A stretch of DNA of 64,000 nucleotides from Candidatus Porifericomitales bacterium (GCA_965237735.1 CBDEFV010000002.1:33958-97957); one strand, 5' to 3'; shown: positions 27,302 through 40,726, numbered from the stretch's first letter. Translations and numbers: made by a program. The notes: generated from the letters alone by a model not told the origin.

Positions 27302-30300
27302 GCGCACCGATATCGAAACCATTCTGCTGATCGGCGCCGGCCCCATTGTCATCGGCCAGGGCTGCGAGTTCGACTACTCGGGCACCCAGGCCTGCAAGGC
27401 CCTGCGCGAAGAGGGCTACCGTCTGGTGCTGCTGAATTCCAACCCGGCGACGATCATGACCGACCCGGGCATGGCTGACGCCACCTACATAGAACCGGTC
27501 AACTGGCAGAGCGTCGAATGGCTGCTCGATCACGAAAAGCCCGATGCCATTCTCTCGACCATGGGAGGGCAGACGGCCCTGAATACGGCCCTCGAACTGG
27601 AAGACCGGGGCATTCTGAAAAAGTGGAATGTCGAACTGATCGGCGCCGACCGCGAAGCCATCGCCATGGCCGAGGATCGCGGGCTCTTCCGCCAGGCCAT
27701 GGAGGAGCTTGGCATGGAGGTGCCGCGCTCGCGGGTGGTCGGCACTCTGGAGGAGGCTGGGGAGACGGCCCGGGAGCTCGGCTATCCGCTGATTGTCCGC
27801 CCCTGCTTCACCCTCGGAGGCAGCGGCGGCGGGGCGGTTTTCAATGTCGAGGACCTGGAGCGCATCGTCCGCCGCGGCCTCCAGGCTTCCATGACGACCG
27901 AGGTCCTGCTCGAGGAGTCGGTGCTGGGTTGGAAAGAGTTTGAGATGGAGGTGGTCTGCGACGGCGCCGACAACGCCATCATCGTCTGCTCGATTGAGAA
28001 TTTTGATCCCATGGGAGTACACACCGGCGATTCCATCGCCGTCGCCCCGGCCCAGACCCTGACGGACAAGGAGTTGCAGGACATGCGCGACGCCTCCATC
28101 GCCATCCTGCGCAAAGTGGGCGTGCGCACGGGCGGCTCCAATGTTCAGTTCGCCGTCGACCCGCGCACCGGACGCAGGGTCGTGATCGAGATGAACCCGC
28201 GGGTCTCGCGCTCCTCTGCACTGGCCTCGAAGGCCACCGGCTTCCCGATCGCCTGGGTCGCCGCCAAGCTCGCCGTGGGCTACACTCTCGACGAACTGAG
28301 AAACGGCATCACCGGAGGGGTCACGCCCGCTTCTTTCGAACCGGCGCTCGACTATGTGGTGGTCAAGACGCCGCGCTTCAACTTCGACAAGTTCCCTGAA
28401 GCCGACAGGCGCCTCGGCACCCAGATGAAGTCGGTCGGCGAGGCCATGGCCCTGGGGCGCTCTTTTCCTGAGGCCATGCAGAAGGCGTTGCGCAGCCTCG
28501 AGATCGGCCTGGCCGGCTTTGACAGGCCCCCCGGCTTGCCCGAGACCGAGGAAGAGGCGCGGGCCCTGATCGAGATGGAACTCGGAGCGCCGACGGACAA
28601 GCGCGTGCTCCATGTGGCCGAGGCCTTTCGCCGCGGCTACAGCCTCGAGCGGGTGGCCGAATTGACGGCCATCGACCCCTGGTTCCTGCGCCAGATTGCG
28701 CAGCTCGTGGCCATGGAGGTGCGCCTTGGCGAAGTGTCCTTCGGCGATCTCGACGCCGACGATTTGCGACAGCTGAAAAGACGCGGCTTTTCCGACCGCC
28801 GCATCGCCGTCTGCCTCGGCGGCGGCGAGGAGGAGGAGGCCGTGCGCCGCCGCCGCCACAGTCTGGGGGTGCGCCCGGTTTACAAGCGTGTCGATACCTG
28901 CGCCGGCGAGTTTCCGTCGGTCACGGCCTATCTCTACTCCTGCTACGACGAGGAGTGCGAGGCCGCGCCCGACCCTGACGCCAGGAAAATTGCCATTCTC
29001 GGCGGCGGCCCCAACCGCATCGGCCAGGGCATTGAATTTGACTACTGCTGCGTCCAGGCCTCCCTGAGCCTGCGTGAGCAGGGTTGGCAGACAATCATGA
29101 TCAACTGCAATCCCGAGACGGTGTCGACCGATTTTGACATTTCCGATCGCCTCTACTTCGAGCCTCTGACCCTTGAGGATGTGCTCGAGGTGCTGCATGT
29201 CGAACGGACGGCCAGGGTCATCGTCCACTACGGCGGACAGACGCCGCTGAAGCTGTCGTCGGCGCTGGCGCGGGCCGGAATCGAGATCGTCGGCACTCAG
29301 GCCGACGCCATCGATCTCGCCGAAAACCGCGACCGCTTCCGCCTTCTGATCAACGAGCTCGGCCTGCGACAGCCGCCCAGCGCGGCGGCCAGGGATGGCG
29401 AAGAGGCGGTCAGGGCCGCCAACGGGCTCGGCTATCCGGTGCTGGTGCGGCCCTCCTATGTGCTCGGCGGCCAGGCCATGGAGATCATCTCCAGCGACGA
29501 GCGCATGCGCGCCTATGTCCGGCGCGTGGCCGACCTGACCGGGGAGGACGCGCCCATCCTGATCGACACTTTTCTGGTCGATGCCCAGGAGGTCGACGTC
29601 GACGCTGTCTGCGACGGCCGCAAAGTGCGCATCGCCGGCGTCATGCAGCACATCGAGGAGGCGGGCGTCCATTCGGGCGATTCGGCCTGCGCCCTGCCGG
29701 CCTTTTCCATTGCCGACAAAACCGTGGCCGAGATCGAGCGCCAGGTCGAGCAACTGGCCCTGGCGATGAAGGTCGTCGGCCTCGTCAATGTGCAGTTCGC
29801 GCTTCACGGCGACGACATCTATGTGCTCGAGGTCAACCCCCGGGCATCGCGCACCGTGCCCTTCGTCGCCAAAGCCACCGGCTATCCGCTGGCGGCCCGG
29901 GGAGCCCGCTGCATGGCCGGGGAGGCGCTGCCTGCCCGGTCGCCCCCGTGGCGGCCGCACTTCTACAGCATCAAGGAGGCGGTGTTTCCCTTCGCCAAGT
30001 TTGCCGGGGTCGACGTGCTGCTCGGTCCGGAGATGAAGTCGACCGGCGAGGTCATGGGGATGGGGGAGACCATGCCCGAGGCCTATGTCAAGGTACTCAA
30101 CGCCGCAGGGGGGGCGATCGAGCCGAGCGGCACGGCGCTCTTCAGTGTCCGCGACGCTGACAAGGCCGAAATCTGCCTGCTTGCCAGACGCTTTGTCGAG
30201 GCCGGCTACAGCCTGGCGGCGACGAGTGGCACGGCCGCTGCCCTCGAGCAGGCCGGTTTCGGGGAGGTGCGCTCAATTCCCAAGATCAGCGATCCCCGCC

Positions 30301-30560
30301 ACGCGGGCGCGAGCGTACTCGACGCCCTCGTCAACGGCGAGGTGCAGTTTGTCGTCAACACGGTCAGCAGCAGCGAGTCGATGCGCGATTCACGCCGCCT
30401 GAGGCGCGAAGCCATGCTGCGCAATATCACTTACACCACGACTCTGGGGGGAGCCCGCGCCCTGGCGGAGGCCCTGGAGCAGAGAAACAGCCGCCTCTAC
30501 TGCCTGCAACAGGCCCAGGGAAGTGCAGACGACAACTCGAGGGCCGCCGGGGGGGCCTAG
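27294..30560 (+). CDS. carB: Carbamoyl-phosphate synthase large subunit
   Basis: [56 protein letters not shown] domain. Confidence 0.98.
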   Translation: MPKRTDIETILLIGAGPIVIGQGCEFDYSGTQACKALREEGYRLVLLNSNPATIMTDPGMADATYIEPVNWQSVEWLLDHEKPDAILSTMGGQTALNTALELEDRGILKKWNVELIGADREAIAMAEDRGLFRQAMEELGMEVPRSRVVGTLEEAGETARELGYPLIVRPCFTLGGSGGGAVFNVEDLERIVRRGLQASMTTEVLLEESVLGWKEFEMEVVCDGADNAIIVCSIENFDPMGVHTGDSIAVAPAQTLTDKELQDMRDASIAILRKVGVRTGGSNVQFAVDPRTGRRVVIEMNPRVSRSSALASKATGFPIAWVAAKLAVGYTLDELRNGITGGVTPASFEPALDYVVVKTPRFNFDKFPEADRRLGTQMKSVGEAMALGRSFPEAMQKALRSLEIGLAGFDRPPGLPETEEEARALIEMELGAPTDKRVLHVAEAFRRGYSLERVAELTAIDPWFLRQIAQLVAMEVRLGEVSFGDLDADDLRQLKRRGFSDRRIAVCLGGGEEEEAVRRRRHSLGVRPVYKRVDTCAGEFPSVTAYLYSCYDEECEAAPDPDARKIAILGGGPNRIGQGIEFDYCCVQASLSLREQGWQTIMINCNPETVSTDFDISDRLYFEPLTLEDVLEVLHVERTARVIVHYGGQTPLKLSSALARAGIEIVGTQADAIDLAENRDRFRLLINELGLRQPPSAAARDGEEAVRAANGLGYPVLVRPSYVLGGQAMEIISSDERMRAYVRRVADLTGEDAPILIDTFLVDAQEVDVDAVCDGRKVRIAGVMQHIEEAGVHSGDSACALPAFSIADKTVAEIERQVEQLALAMKVVGLVNVQFALHGDDIYVLEVNPRASRTVPFVAKATGYPLAARGARCMAGEALPARSPPWRPHFYSIKEAVFPFAKFAGVDVLLGPEMKSTGEVMGMGETMPEAYVKVLNAAGGAIEPSGTALFSVRDADKAEICLLARRFVEAGYSLAATSGTAAALEQAGFGEVRSIPKISDPRHAGASVLDALVNGEVQFVVNTVSSSESMRDSRRLRREAMLRNITYTTTLGGARALAEALEQRNSRLYCLQQAQGSADDNSRAAGGA

Positions 30561-30658
30561 CGGCTCTGCTGCCGTTGGCTCTATAATAGATGAAAGCCAT
30601 TCAGGATTAAACTTCTTATTAAGTCTTTTTACCACCGGTTTCTGCAGGAGGTCAGGCC

Positions 30659-31135
30659 ATGGAGAGAACTCCCCTAACACCAGATGGAGCCGCCAAACTG
30701 CGGCTTGAGCTCGACAACCTGAAAAGCGTCGAGCGCCCCCAGGTCATCAAGGCGATCGGCGCGGCCGCAGATCTCGGTGATCTCAAAGAAAATGCCGAAT
30801 ATCACGCCGCCCGCGAGCGCCAGAGCATGGTCGAAGGGCGCATTCGGCACCTTGAGAGCGTCCTGGCGATGGCCGACATCATCGACGTCAGTTCAATGGA
30901 GCTCAGCGACCGCGTCGTTTTCGGCGTCTGGGTCGAACTCATGGACCTCGACGAAGGCTCGAAAGTGAAATACCGCATAGTCGGCGCCCCCGAGGCCGAC
31001 ATCAATGCCGGCCTGCTGTCGGTGCAGTCGCCGCTGGCCCGCTCCCTCATCGGCCGGGTCAAGGGGGACGTGGTCTCTTTTCAGGCGCCGGCCGGCACCC
31101 GTGAATACGAGGTGATCGGCGTCAGCACCTCCTGA
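30659..31135 (+). CDS. greA: Transcription elongation factor GreA
   Basis: GDLKENAEYHAAR, SPLARSLIG. Confidence 0.96.
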   Translation: MERTPLTPDGAAKLRLELDNLKSVERPQVIKAIGAAADLGDLKENAEYHAARERQSMVEGRIRHLESVLAMADIIDVSSMELSDRVVFGVWVELMDLDEGSKVKYRIVGAPEADINAGLLSVQSPLARSLIGRVKGDVVSFQAPAGTREYEVIGVSTS

Positions 31136-31764
31136 GCAGGCGCCCTGGGCCCTGGGTTCGGGCGCATGAGCGCGATCTCTATGTCAGGCGCTCCAGGACT
31201 CAGGGATTCCGCTCGCGGTCCGTCTACAAGCTGATTGAAATCGACGAGCGCGAACGACTGCTGCGGCGGGGGGACGCCGTCGTCGAGATCGGCGCCTCTC
31301 CCGGCGGTTGGACGCAGTACGCCATCGACCGTGTCGGCCCGGCCGGGAGGGTCGTCGCCATCGACATCTCGGCCATGGAGGCGCTGCCCGGTTGCGAGCT
31401 GATTCGAGGTGATTTTTCGCTGCCCGAGATTGCCGGTCAGGCCCTGCAGTCGCTGCCGCCAGCCGGGGCGGACAGGGTTCTGTGCGATGCCGCCCCCGGC
31501 ATTACAGGACAGACAGCCGTGGATGAGGAGGCCTTCCTCGAATTAAACAAAGCCGCCCTTGTTTTTATCGGACGGGTGCTGAAAAATGGCGGCGACGCCC
31601 TTATCAAGACTTTTGCCAGCCCATCGACGGAAGTTTTCCGCGCCGAGCTCGCCCGCTCCTTTGCCTCGGTTCGTTCGCGCAAGCCTGCGGCATCCAAGGG
31701 TCGCAGCCGCGAGTTCTATATGTTGGCGAAAAGCTTCAAAGGTAGTAAAATAAAGCTACCCTGA
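31132..31764 (+). CDS. rlmE: 23S rRNA (U2552-2'-O)-methyltransferase; probable CTG start
   Basis: Frame is open from CTG 31132 (the track begins only at 31375): [32 protein letters not shown] (K-D-K-E tetrad). Confidence 0.9.
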   Translation: MSRRPGPWVRAHERDLYVRRSRTQGFRSRSVYKLIEIDERERLLRRGDAVVEIGASPGGWTQYAIDRVGPAGRVVAIDISAMEALPGCELIRGDFSLPEIAGQALQSLPPAGADRVLCDAAPGITGQTAVDEEAFLELNKAALVFIGRVLKNGGDALIKTFASPSTEVFRAELARSFASVRSRKPAASKGRSREFYMLAKSFKGSKIKLP

Positions 31765-31790
31765 CAAACGTTCCGGAGGGATCGATTTCC

Positions 31791-33752
31791 TTGAAAGACA
31801 TGCTGAAACATTTTTTGCTGTGGTCCGCCATAGCGGTCGTCCTGATGTCCGTCTTCAATCAGTTCAGCGGCGGCGCCGACACTTCCTCGGCCATCTCCTA
31901 CAGCCAGTTCATCAATAGCGTCAAGAGCGGCGAAGTCAAGTCGGTGCTGATCAACGGCCCCGAGATCAAGGGCCGCATGGAGAGCGGCCGCACCTTTTCC
32001 ACCTACAGCCCGGAAACCGACAACCGCTCTCTCATCGGCGAGTTGATCGACGGCGGCATCGAGATTCGCGCTGAAGCGCCGGAGCAACCGGGCCTGTTGA
32101 TGCAGATTTTCATCAACTGGTTTCCCTTCCTGCTGTTGATCGGCGTCTGGATCTTCTTCATGCGCCAGATTCAGGGCGGCGGCGGACGTGGCGCCATGAA
32201 CTTCGGCCGCAGCCGCGCCCGCATGATCGCCGAGGAGGACAACACCGTCACCTTCAAGGATGTGGCCGGCATCGACGAGGCCAAGGAAGAAGTCAAGGAA
32301 CTCGTCGATTTTCTCCGCGATCCCTCGCGCTTTCACAAGCTCGGCGGCAAGATTCCCCGCGGCGTCCTCATGATCGGCATACCCGGCACCGGCAAAACCC
32401 TGCTGGCGCGGGCCATCGCCGGAGAGGCCAAGGTGCCGTTCTTCACCATTTCCGGCTCGGATTTTGTCGAGATGTTCGTCGGCATCGGCGCCTCGAGGGT
32501 GCGCAACATGTTCCTTCAGGCCAAGAAGCGCGCCCCCTGCATCATCTTCATCGATGAGATCGATGCCGTCGGCCGCCATCGCGGCGCCGGCCTCGGCGGC
32601 GGGCACGACGAGCGCGAGCAGACGCTGAATCAGCTGCTGGTCGAGATGGACGGCTTCGACGGCAATGAAGGCATCATCGTCATCGCTGCGACCAACAGGC
32701 CCGATGTGCTCGATCCGGCCCTGTTGCGGCCGGGCCGCTTCGACCGCCATGTCAATGTGCCCCTGCCCGACCTCAAGGGGCGCAAAGAGATCATCAAGGT
32801 GCACATGAAAAACCTGCCGCGAATCGCCGAGGACGTCAACCCTGAGACCATCGCCCGCGGCTGCCCGGGATTCTCGGGAGCGGACCTCGCCAACCTCGTC
32901 AATGAGTCGGCCCTGCTGGCGGCGAGAAGAGGTCGCAAGGACGTCGATATGGACTGCTTTGAGGGAGCCAAGGACAAGCTCATCATGGGCATAGAGCGCC
33001 GTTCGATTCTCATGAGCGAGGATCAGAGGCGTATGACGGCCTACCACGAAGCCGGCCACGCCGTCGTCGGCCGCCTGGTGCCCGAGCACGATCCGGTGTA
33101 CAAAGTCAGCATCATTCCGCGGGGCCAGGCCCTGGGGGTGACCATGTTCCTGCCGGAGGAAGACCGCTACAGCGTGTCGAAGCAGCGGCTTGAGAGCCAG
33201 ATTTCATCGCTCTACGGCGGCCGCATCGCCGAAGAGTTGATCTACGGCCCCGAGCATGTGACCACGGGAGCTTCCAACGACATCAAACGGGCGACCGAGC
33301 TCGCGCGCAATATGGTCATCAAGTGGGGGCTGTCGAAAAAGATGGGACCCCTGCTCTATAGCGAAGACGACGACGAGATCTTTCTCGGCCGCACCATCAG
33401 CCGTCAGAAGCACATTTCCGCCGGCACCGCCGAATCGATCGACGCCGAGGTCTGGCGCATTGTCGACGACAATTACAAGCGCTCGAAAACGATCATCGAG
33501 GAAAACCTCGACAAACTCCACGCCATGGCCGAGGCCCTCATGGAGTACGAGACCATCGACAGCCATCAGATCGACAACATCATGGCCGGCAAGGATGCGG
33601 GGCCGTCCTCGACTTCGACCACGGCCTTCATGTCCAGCGAAGGGGGCGCCTCGAGCAAGAGCAAGGGCAAGAAGTCTTCGTCTTCCTCTGCCGGCAGAAA
33701 GGTCAAGGGCCGCAGAAAGGGCGGCGTCGTCGACCCGGTCGCCGAGAGCTAA
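31791..33752 (+). CDS. ftsH: ATP-dependent zinc metalloprotease FtsH
   Basis: [39 protein letters not shown]. Confidence 0.98.
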   Translation: MKDMLKHFLLWSAIAVVLMSVFNQFSGGADTSSAISYSQFINSVKSGEVKSVLINGPEIKGRMESGRTFSTYSPETDNRSLIGELIDGGIEIRAEAPEQPGLLMQIFINWFPFLLLIGVWIFFMRQIQGGGGRGAMNFGRSRARMIAEEDNTVTFKDVAGIDEAKEEVKELVDFLRDPSRFHKLGGKIPRGVLMIGIPGTGKTLLARAIAGEAKVPFFTISGSDFVEMFVGIGASRVRNMFLQAKKRAPCIIFIDEIDAVGRHRGAGLGGGHDEREQTLNQLLVEMDGFDGNEGIIVIAATNRPDVLDPALLRPGRFDRHVNVPLPDLKGRKEIIKVHMKNLPRIAEDVNPETIARGCPGFSGADLANLVNESALLAARRGRKDVDMDCFEGAKDKLIMGIERRSILMSEDQRRMTAYHEAGHAVVGRLVPEHDPVYKVSIIPRGQALGVTMFLPEEDRYSVSKQRLESQISSLYGGRIAEELIYGPEHVTTGASNDIKRATELARNMVIKWGLSKKMGPLLYSEDDDEIFLGRTISRQKHISAGTAESIDAEVWRIVDDNYKRSKTIIEENLDKLHAMAEALMEYETIDSHQIDNIMAGKDAGPSSTSTTAFMSSEGGASSKSKGKKSSSSSAGRKVKGRRKGGVVDPVAES

Positions 33753-33909
33753 GGCAGCAATGGGCTGGATGCCGAAAATAACAGCAAAACACCTGAGCCG
33801 TCACCCCTGTTTCGGAATTTTCCGCTACAGAGCCTACAGAGCCTTTCCATTGCTCGGTCCTGGCTCCCTTGGGCGTCGGAGCCTGAAGGCCTGTTTGCAA
33901 TGGACAGGG

Positions 33910-34635
33910 ATGATTTCGTTTTTCAGGAGGAGGCGTAGGATCCGGGCCACGTTGATCCATATTGGCAAGTGCGGCGGAAGCTCAGTGAGGGCTGCGCTAC
34001 AGGAGACAGGTCTTGACAGGAGGCTGCGCATCGTTCACATCCAACAGCCCGTCTTCTCAGCCGATATGAAGTATATCATCGTCGCCAGGGACCCGCTGAG
34101 GCGGGCGGTTTCAGCATTCAACTGGCGTTACAAACAGGTGGTTACCGACAAGCTGGAGGCGAACCGGTTCCCGGGCGAGCGCGATGTTCTTGAGCGCTAT
34201 GGCAGCATTGATGCCTTGGGCAAAGCGCTCTATGATGAAAATGATAAACTGCAGATGCCCGCCTTTCGCGATGCCCGCAACATCCATCACATTCGCGAGG
34301 ATGTCAGATTCTACCTCACGGAGCTCTTGAATCGCTGCGACCCCGATCAGATTGAGGCGGTCATAATGCAGGAGGATATGGGCGCGGACATCAGAAGGGT
34401 CTTTGGCATCAAATGTCGACAGCGCCACAACGTAAACAAGGGGCACATTACGCTTTCGGCGAGAGCGCGGGCCAACCTTATACGGTTTTTTCAGCGCGAC
34501 TACGAAGCGATGGCCCGCCTCTACGCATGGGGGAAAATCGACAGGAATATCTATCTGAAGGCCATGTCCCGACCTTTATCGTACGGCAACGGCAAGGCGC
34601 TGCGTCAATCTTTTGCCGCCTTGGTCGAGCCCTGA
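33910..34635 (+). CDS. Sulfotransferase-family protein (start uncertain)
   Basis: HIGKCGGSS (5'-PSB-like loop) and RDPLRRAVSAF (3'-PB-like motif); 52-55% GC in sampled lines. Confidence 0.7.
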   Translation: MISFFRRRRRIRATLIHIGKCGGSSVRAALQETGLDRRLRIVHIQQPVFSADMKYIIVARDPLRRAVSAFNWRYKQVVTDKLEANRFPGERDVLERYGSIDALGKALYDENDKLQMPAFRDARNIHHIREDVRFYLTELLNRCDPDQIEAVIMQEDMGADIRRVFGIKCRQRHNVNKGHITLSARARANLIRFFQRDYEAMARLYAWGKIDRNIYLKAMSRPLSYGNGKALRQSFAALVEP

Positions 34636-34773
34636 AATCACGCCCCTCTATTGGCTGGCGGCGGCGTCAGCCGCTCTGCCCGCCCCGGCGGGCGCACCCT
34701 GAACAGCGGGCCGGAGCGGCGGCGGGTCGAGGGTCGATTCCCTGCCGCAAAACCGGCGCTGGCCGGGGCAGTA

Positions 34774-34808
34774 AAACTTGACAAAAAGAGTCGGGTTTGT
34801 GTTATAAT
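34774..34808 (+). promoter_or_regulatory. sigma70 promoter of the isc operon overlapped by an IscR type-1 operator
   Basis: TTGACA 34778-83; extended -10 TGTTATAAT 34800-08; 25-bp dyad AAACTTGAC-N7-GTCGGGTTT 34774-98. Confidence 0.8.
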
Positions 34809-34890
34809 GTTTTCAGCCATCTCCCAGAGCGCCCTCACTTTCTGAAACATCTTCCCTGAAACATCTTTAATATCCGCCCGTCAATTTCCG

Positions 34891-35355
34891 ATGAAGCTTA
34901 CCACCAAAGGACGCTACGCCGTGCAGATCATGCTGGAAATGGTCAGCAAGGGAGAAGAGCGCTCGCTGACCGCCGCTGTTCTCGCCGAGAATCAGAGCAT
35001 CTCGGAGAGCTACAGCGAGCAGATTCTGCTGAGATTGCGGCGCTGCGGCCTGCTTCGAAGTGTTCGCGGGGCTCGCGGCGGCTATCGCCTGGCGCGGGCG
35101 CCCGAGGACATTTCGATCGCCTCGGTGTTCGCCGCGGTCGAAGAGAGGACCGACGCCACCCGCTGCGGCGGCCTGCAGGACTGCCACGCCGACAGACCCT
35201 GCATCGCCCACGACCTGTGGGCGGCCCTGACCGATCACATCGACTCCTTTCTCGCCAGCGTCACTCTGGCAGACGCGGCCCGCCAGCAGCAGTCGGCGGC
35301 GGCGGCCAAACAGCTGCTGCCGAAAAATGCGATTCTGCCATCCCTTAGTCTTTAA
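34891..35355 (+). CDS. iscR: Fe-S cluster assembly regulator IscR
   Basis: MKLTTKGRYAV, SYSEQI, RGARGGY, C-x5-C-x5-C-x2-H cluster ligands. Confidence 0.93.
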   Translation: MKLTTKGRYAVQIMLEMVSKGEERSLTAAVLAENQSISESYSEQILLRLRRCGLLRSVRGARGGYRLARAPEDISIASVFAAVEERTDATRCGGLQDCHADRPCIAHDLWAALTDHIDSFLASVTLADAARQQQSAAAAKQLLPKNAILPSLSL

Positions 35356-35376
35356 ACTCTCGATGGACCTGACCCT

Positions 35377-36600
<1,224 letters not shown>

Positions 36601-36635
36601 TTTTCACAACTCACCACCTCCAGAGGTAAAGTTCA

Positions 36636-37067
36636 ATGGCTTATGGAAAAAAAGTGCTCGATCACTACGAAAACCCACGCAATGTGGGCTTGTTTGATCA
36701 GAGCGACCCCAATGTCGGCACCGGCATGGTCGGCGCCCCGGCCTGCGGCGACGTCATGCGCCTGCAGTTGAAAGTGAACGAGGCCGGCGTCATTCAGGAT
36801 GCCTGCTTCAAGACCTACGGCTGTGGCTCGGCCATAGCCTCGTCGTCGCTCGTCACCGAAATGGTCAAGGGGCGGACGCTCGATGAAGCCGAAGCCATCC
36901 GCAATCAGGAGATTGTCGATGAGCTGGCCCTGCCGCCAGTCAAGATCCACTGCTCGGTACTGGCTGAGAGCGCCATAGCCGCGGCCATCGCCGACGTCCG
37001 CAAGAAGCGGGGAGAGACTCCGACAGCCGATGCTGCCGCAGCGGTCGAGGAAAAGGTCGCGTCCTGA
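36636..37067 (+). CDS. iscU: Fe-S scaffold protein IscU
   Basis: APACGDVM, GCGSAIASSS, LPPVKIHCS. Confidence 0.98.
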   Translation: MAYGKKVLDHYENPRNVGLFDQSDPNVGTGMVGAPACGDVMRLQLKVNEAGVIQDACFKTYGCGSAIASSSLVTEMVKGRTLDEAEAIRNQEIVDELALPPVKIHCSVLAESAIAAAIADVRKKRGETPTADAAAAVEEKVAS

Positions 37068-37085
37068 CGGCGGAAGCGCTCTGCC

Positions 37086-37409
37086 ATGGCGATCACCCTG
37101 ACCGAACCCGCCGCCGCCCGCGTCCGCAAGTTTATCGACCAGCGCGGCCGGGGGTTGGGCGTGCGTCTGGGCGTGCGCAAGACCGGCTGCTCCGGCTTGG
37201 CCTACACCCTGGAGTATGCCGATGAAATCCAGGCCGGCGATGTTCAGTTCAGGGATCGGGATACGCTGGTTCTGGTGGACCCCAAAAGCCTGCTCTACCT
37301 GGATGGAGTCGAACTCGACGTGGTCAAGAGCGGCCTTAACACCGGCTTTGTTTTCAACAACCCCAACGTCAAGGACACCTGTGGCTGTGGCGAGAGCTTC
37401 ACTGTCTGA
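37086..37409 (+). CDS. iscA: Fe-S assembly A-type carrier IscA
   Basis: [15 protein letters not shown]. Confidence 0.97.
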   Translation: MAITLTEPAAARVRKFIDQRGRGLGVRLGVRKTGCSGLAYTLEYADEIQAGDVQFRDRDTLVLVDPKSLLYLDGVELDVVKSGLNTGFVFNNPNVKDTCGCGESFTV

Positions 37410-37558
37410 AAAGCTTTCCCGGACTGGGCCCGGAACAGTCGGAACAGCCGGGAGAGCCGCTGACTGCGGCCCGGTCTCCGGCGGTTGACTGCCGGGGTCA
37501 ATTCGTTTGCCGGGCCTGCGGGCATGCATTCGCTGCAATTCAGGAGATTGAAGAACGA

Positions 37559-38128
37559 ATGAGCGGGGCGGCAAAAGGTCTGCAACAGATGTCAGCCGGG
37601 GACGGCGTAGTCGATGAGAGCGAAAATTTCTTTTCTTTATTCGGCCTTGAAGTCAATTTCGAGGTCGATGAAAAAGGGCTCAAGCAGCGTTACCGCTCCC
37701 TGCAGAGGATGGCCCACCCGGATCGCCATGCCGTTGCCGAGAAACTGTCCAGCGATTGGGCTGCCCGCTGGTCGGCGCGCATCAACGACGGCTACAGGAC
37801 CCTGTCCGACCCCTTTGAACGCGCCCGCTATCTGTTGCAGTTGCAGGGTATGGATGCTTCGGGGGAGCAGGCGCTGTCCAGCGATATGGGTTTCCTTGCC
37901 GCTCAGATGGAGTGGCGTGAGCGCATAGACGGAGTCACTGCAGGGGAGCCCAGCCCGATCGGCCAGTTAAAGCAGGAGATCTCCGGGGAGCTCGAAGGTC
38001 AGCGGCAGCAGTTTCTGCAGCTGGCGGCGGCCGGTAATTGGCCCGCTGGCGGCGAGGTCGTCGCCCGCTGGAGTTTTTATCGTCGCCTCGCGGCCAAAGT
38101 CGCTGATCTCGAGGCCTCCTGCCTGTGA
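37559..38128 (+). CDS. hscB: Co-chaperone HscB
   Basis: J-domain NFFSLFGL...AHPDR...INDGY; LAAQMEWRE. Confidence 0.92.
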   Translation: MSGAAKGLQQMSAGDGVVDESENFFSLFGLEVNFEVDEKGLKQRYRSLQRMAHPDRHAVAEKLSSDWAARWSARINDGYRTLSDPFERARYLLQLQGMDASGEQALSSDMGFLAAQMEWRERIDGVTAGEPSPIGQLKQEISGELEGQRQQFLQLAAAGNWPAGGEVVARWSFYRRLAAKVADLEASCL

Positions 38129-38206
38129 TTTCCACGCGCTCGGGCAGAGGAGATCAGCAGCGGCGCGAGCCTTCACTACAACCGGAACCTTTGCAACAGG
38201 GATTCT

Positions 38207-40087
38207 ATGAAGCTATTGCAGATTTCTGAACCGGGGGCGCCCCCGGGTGCCCCCGGCGCGGTGGGCATTGATCTGGGCACGACCCATTCGCTTGTCGCCG
38301 TGATCGACGGCGGCCGGGCCCGCTGCCTCGGGGTCGAGGGCGATTCGACGCTGCTGCCTTCCATTGTCGGCTTTGGCCGGGACGGGGCCGTCAGCATCGG
38401 CCGAGCCGCCGCCGATGGGGAAGAGGGGCGGGCCCGGTCCGTGGTTCATTCGGTCAAGCGGCTGCTGGGGCGGGGCCTCGAGGACTTTCCGCAGCGCACC
38501 CTCTCATCCCATGATTGGCGCGAGGGCGCCGCGCCGCGTTTAATGACAGACAGCGGTGAATACACGGCTGTCGAGATGTCGGCTGAAATTCTTAAAGTCC
38601 TGCGCCGGCGTGCCGAAGAGGAGCTCGACGGGGACCTGACCGGCGCCGTGATCACGGTGCCGGCCTATTTTGACGATGCCCAGCGGCAGGCAACCAAGGA
38701 TGCCGCCCGTCTCGCCGGCATCCATGTGCTGCGGCTGCTGAACGAGCCCACGGCCGCGGCTATTGCCTACGGCCTTGATCGGGGAGAGCGCGGCCTGGTC
38801 GCCGTCTATGATCTGGGCGGGGGAACTTTCGACTTTTCGCTGCTCGAGCTCGAGGACGGCGTCTTCGAGGTGCGCGCTACTTCCGGCGACGCCGCTCTCG
38901 GCGGAGATGACTTCGACACCCTCATCGCCGACGAGATCGAAAAGCGGGCGGGGCGCAGGGCGGCCTCCGGCGCCGAGCACCGCGCCCTGCTCGAAGCGGC
39001 CCGGGGCGCACGCCACGGCCTCAGCGAGGAGGGCACGGCGGCTGGCGAAATCGAGGCCAGCCTCGAGGGCGCAAGCTGGCGAGGCCAGTTGAGCGCTGAG
39101 GATTTTGCCGCCCTGGCCGAGCCCCTGATCGACCGCACCCTCAGGTGCTGCCGTCGGGCCCTGGTCGATGCCGGTCTCGAGATCGGGGATGTCGAGGCTG
39201 TGGCTCTGGTCGGCGGGGCCACCCGCATGCCTCTGGTGCGCCGGCGGGTGCAGCGGTTTTTTGACCGCGAGCCCTTGTCCTCGCTTGATCCCGATGAGGT
39301 CGTGGCCCTCGGCGCCGCCCGTCAGGCCGATCTTTTGACCGGTGGCGGCGATGAGAGCGGGCTCATGCTGCTCGATGTCCTGCCGCTGTCGCTCGGCATT
39401 GAGACCCTGGGAGGCCTGGTGGAGACGATTCTGCCGCGCAATACGGCCATTCCCTGCGCCCGGGCTCAGGAGTTCACGACCTTCAAGGACGGTCAGAGAG
39501 CCCTGTCGTTGCATGTTGTTCAGGGCGAGCGCGAACTGGTTGCCGACTGCCGTTCGCTGGCGCGTTTTGTCCTCGGCGGCATTCCCCCCATGGCGGCGGG
39601 CGCAGCCCGTATCCGCGTGACCTTTCAGGTCGATGCCGACGGCCTTCTGGTGGTGACGGCCCGGGAGCAGACCGAAGGGGTCGAGGCCGCCGTCGAAGTC
39701 AGGCCGTCCCACGGCCTGACAAGCGAAGAGATCGAAGACAAGCTGCGATCCTCCTTCGACCATGGAAAAGAGGACATCGACAGGCGCCGCCTGGTCGAGG
39801 CCCGGGTTCTCGGTTCCCGGAGCCTCGCCGGACTCGAGGCTGCCCTGGCAGATGCACCCGAGCTTCTGCAGCAGGGTGAAGCCAAGATACTGAGGCGCGT
39901 CAGCGCCAAGTTGCGTCGGGCGATCGAGGGCGAGGACCCGGCCCTGCTGACCGAGGCGACCGAAGAACTCGAGCAGGTTGCGGCCCCCTTCGTCAACCGC
40001 CGCATGAACGCCGGCCTGAAAAAGGCACTGGTCGGCCTGAATGTCGAAGAAGCGCAGCGCAGGATCGCCGTGGACCAGAGTTCCTGA
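38207..40087 (+). CDS. hscA: Fe-S chaperone HscA (Hsp70 family)
   Basis: [42 protein letters not shown]; located in the isc operon. Confidence 0.95.
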   Translation: MKLLQISEPGAPPGAPGAVGIDLGTTHSLVAVIDGGRARCLGVEGDSTLLPSIVGFGRDGAVSIGRAAADGEEGRARSVVHSVKRLLGRGLEDFPQRTLSSHDWREGAAPRLMTDSGEYTAVEMSAEILKVLRRRAEEELDGDLTGAVITVPAYFDDAQRQATKDAARLAGIHVLRLLNEPTAAAIAYGLDRGERGLVAVYDLGGGTFDFSLLELEDGVFEVRATSGDAALGGDDFDTLIADEIEKRAGRRAASGAEHRALLEAARGARHGLSEEGTAAGEIEASLEGASWRGQLSAEDFAALAEPLIDRTLRCCRRALVDAGLEIGDVEAVALVGGATRMPLVRRRVQRFFDREPLSSLDPDEVVALGAARQADLLTGGGDESGLMLLDVLPLSLGIETLGGLVETILPRNTAIPCARAQEFTTFKDGQRALSLHVVQGERELVADCRSLARFVLGGIPPMAAGAARIRVTFQVDADGLLVVTAREQTEGVEAAVEVRPSHGLTSEEIEDKLRSSFDHGKEDIDRRRLVEARVLGSRSLAGLEAALADAPELLQQGEAKILRRVSAKLRRAIEGEDPALLTEATEELEQVAAPFVNRRMNAGLKKALVGLNVEEAQRRIAVDQSS

Positions 40088-40148
40088 CCCCGCCCCCTGC
40101 CTCCTGTCAACCCGCATCAACTCCCGCCTCTCCGGACCCGGTTTCTCC

Positions 40149-40487
40149 ATGCCTAAAGTCATAGTTCTGCCCCATCATGAAATCTCCCCCGAGGGCGATG
40201 TTTTCGAGGCCGAGAGCGGTACCTCCATCTGTGATGCCCTCCTTGACAACGGCATAGAGATCGAGCACGCCTGCGAAAAATCCTGCGCCTGCACAACCTG
40301 CCATGTCTATGTCCGCGAAGGGTTCGACTCCCTCGAGGAGGCGACCGACAGCGAGGAGGATTTCCTCGACAAGGCCTGGGGCGTCGACCCCGATTCGCGG
40401 CTCAGTTGCCAGGCGATCGTCCGCGATCAGGATCTGATCATCGAAATCCCCTACTACACCATCAACATGGTGTCCGAGAATCACTGA
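40149..40487 (+). CDS. fdx: ISC-system [2Fe-2S] ferredoxin
   Basis: ATG 40149; EHACEKSCACTTCH, SRLSCQ. Confidence 0.96.
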   Translation: MPKVIVLPHHEISPEGDVFEAESGTSICDALLDNGIEIEHACEKSCACTTCHVYVREGFDSLEEATDSEEDFLDKAWGVDPDSRLSCQAIVRDQDLIIEIPYYTINMVSENH

Positions 40488-40531
40488 ATCGGTCGGGCCT
40501 TGAAACCCCCTTGCAAAATGGAGCAGAAGCT

Positions 40532-40726
40532 ATGAAATGGACAGATGTCCTGACGATCGCCGAGGAGATCGAAGAGCGCCACCCCGAGGTCGACCCCCAG
40601 TATGTGCTCTTCACCGATCTGCACCGCTGGATCTGTGAACTGCCGGATTTCGACGACGATCCCGACAAGTCAAACGAACGGATTCTCGAAGCCATCCAGA
40701 TGGCCTGGATCGACGAGCGCGGTTGA
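40532..40726 (+). CDS. iscX: Fe-S assembly protein IscX
   Basis: MKWTD...FTDLHRWICELPDFDDDP..SNERILEAIQMAWIDE. Confidence 0.95.
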   Translation: MKWTDVLTIAEEIEERHPEVDPQYVLFTDLHRWICELPDFDDDPDKSNERILEAIQMAWIDERG

